From positions 2,688,001-2,752,000 of the forward strand of contig OY969585.1 of the NCBI GenBank assembly GCA_963701295.1: a DNA stretch of 64,000 nucleotides. The letters run 5' to 3'. A model generated the notes under the pieces. That model searched no databases and was not told the DNA's origin. It saw only the letters and a list, made by a program, of their open reading frames with translations. This DNA is from Ignavibacteriota bacterium. Its GTDB lineage: Bacteria > Bacteroidota > Ignavibacteria > UBA10030. Within the stretch, counting starts at the first letter, position 1; every line of letters begins with the position of its first letter. Shown here piece by piece: positions 63,249 through 64,000 of the stretch. The position numbers and the translations under genes are program-made.

Positions 63249-64000
63249 TTATCCCCTTAATCGCACTGCATATTGTCCCAACAATTGCTTCACAGCATCA
63301 GTGAATTGTCGGTTGGGATCAACGGTATATTTTCTTGTTAAATATATCGAATTGTTAGATAATCCGCTACCGGAGAGATTTAAAAGACACTGACAACTTC
63401 CCTTATGCCGCTCGATCAGTTTGACCAATTCAAATGCGTCTTTCTCACTGGTGGTGTCAAGATTAAGATTGATAATGACCCCTTTTGAAAACTTTTTTCG
63501 CACTTCTTCGATACCGATAATTTCATTGACAATGACTTTGATTGCTTCTTCATTTCCGTCGTTCTTACCGGTCATCATGACAATAGAACCGACCTGAAGA
63601 ATAGCGCTGTATTTTTGAAATGCATCGGCAAAGACAATGCAATCTGCCTTTCCTGTAAAATCTTCAATCGAAACGAACGCCATCGTCTTGCCCCGTTTAT
63701 CAATTTTCTTTTTAATGTCTGAAATGATGCCACAGATACGCACTGTAGAATTCGGTTTTACAAGTTGCGCTTCATTCAACTTGGCTGTTGCCAAACCTTC
63801 GATTTCATCGCGGTACTTTAAAAGCGGATGACCTGATACGTAGAACCCTAAAACCGATTTTTCTCGAGAAAGCTTTTCTATCTCCATCCAATCTGCTACC
63901 GTATGCAGCATAGGTCTGTGAAATACTTTCGCGCCGCCAAGATCGAATAGATTTGATTGCCCCTTTATGATTTGTTCCTGCATATCCTGTCCGTACGAAA
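63249..64000 (-). CDS. dnaE: DNA polymerase III alpha subunit, C-terminal part (truncated by window edge)
   Basis: EK.VLGFYVSGHPL, OB-fold MAFV.IED..G. Confidence 0.9.
   Translation of the reverse strand, partial: SYGQDMQEQIIKGQSNLFDLGGAKVFHRPMLHTVADWMEIEKLSREKSVLGFYVSGHPLLKYRDEIEGLATAKLNEAQLVKPNSTVRICGIISDIKKKIDKRGKTMAFVSIEDFTGKADCIVFADAFQKYSAILQVGSIVMMTGKNDGNEEAIKVIVNEIIGIEEVRKKFSKGVIINLNLDTTSEKDAFELVKLIERHKGSCQCLLNLSGSGLSNNSIYLTRKYTVDPNRQFTDAVKQLLGQYAVRLRG

Overview
Bacterial chromosomal window, most likely from an Ignavibacteria-like member of the Bacteroidota/Chlorobiota group. This is inferred from bshC, DUF3098, PASTA-rpe, Shine-Dalgarno use and sigma70-type TTGnnn-N17-TATATT promoters. 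Most of the window is housekeeping: nuoI, comM, dusB, polX, nth, tpl, tmRNA, purL, mutS2, apt, rpe, cdd, bshC, aroA, the rimP-nusA-infB-rbfA-truB-ribF-rpsO-pnp cluster, lnt, ispF, tRNA-Lys/Leu, lolCDE-like genes, frameshifted prfB, aspS, trxA and the dnaE 3' end. The most unusual part is an ~11.4 kb accessory region between comM and dusB with no recombinase. It contains a 70-bp degenerate copy of the comM PCPCG segment (att-like junction) that overlaps the start of a tandem-XRE gene, followed by cargo genes separated by attC-like repeats. Other items worth checking: two candidate small RNAs (GGA-rich upstream of dusB; C-rich-loop double hairpin upstream of DUF3098), an unknown gene between polX and nth, a peroxiredoxin lacking its catalytic Cys, an unannotated 58-aa peptide before a biotin carrier gene, and several pseudogenes or gene scars. 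Family assignments come from motif recognition by eye, not database searches.
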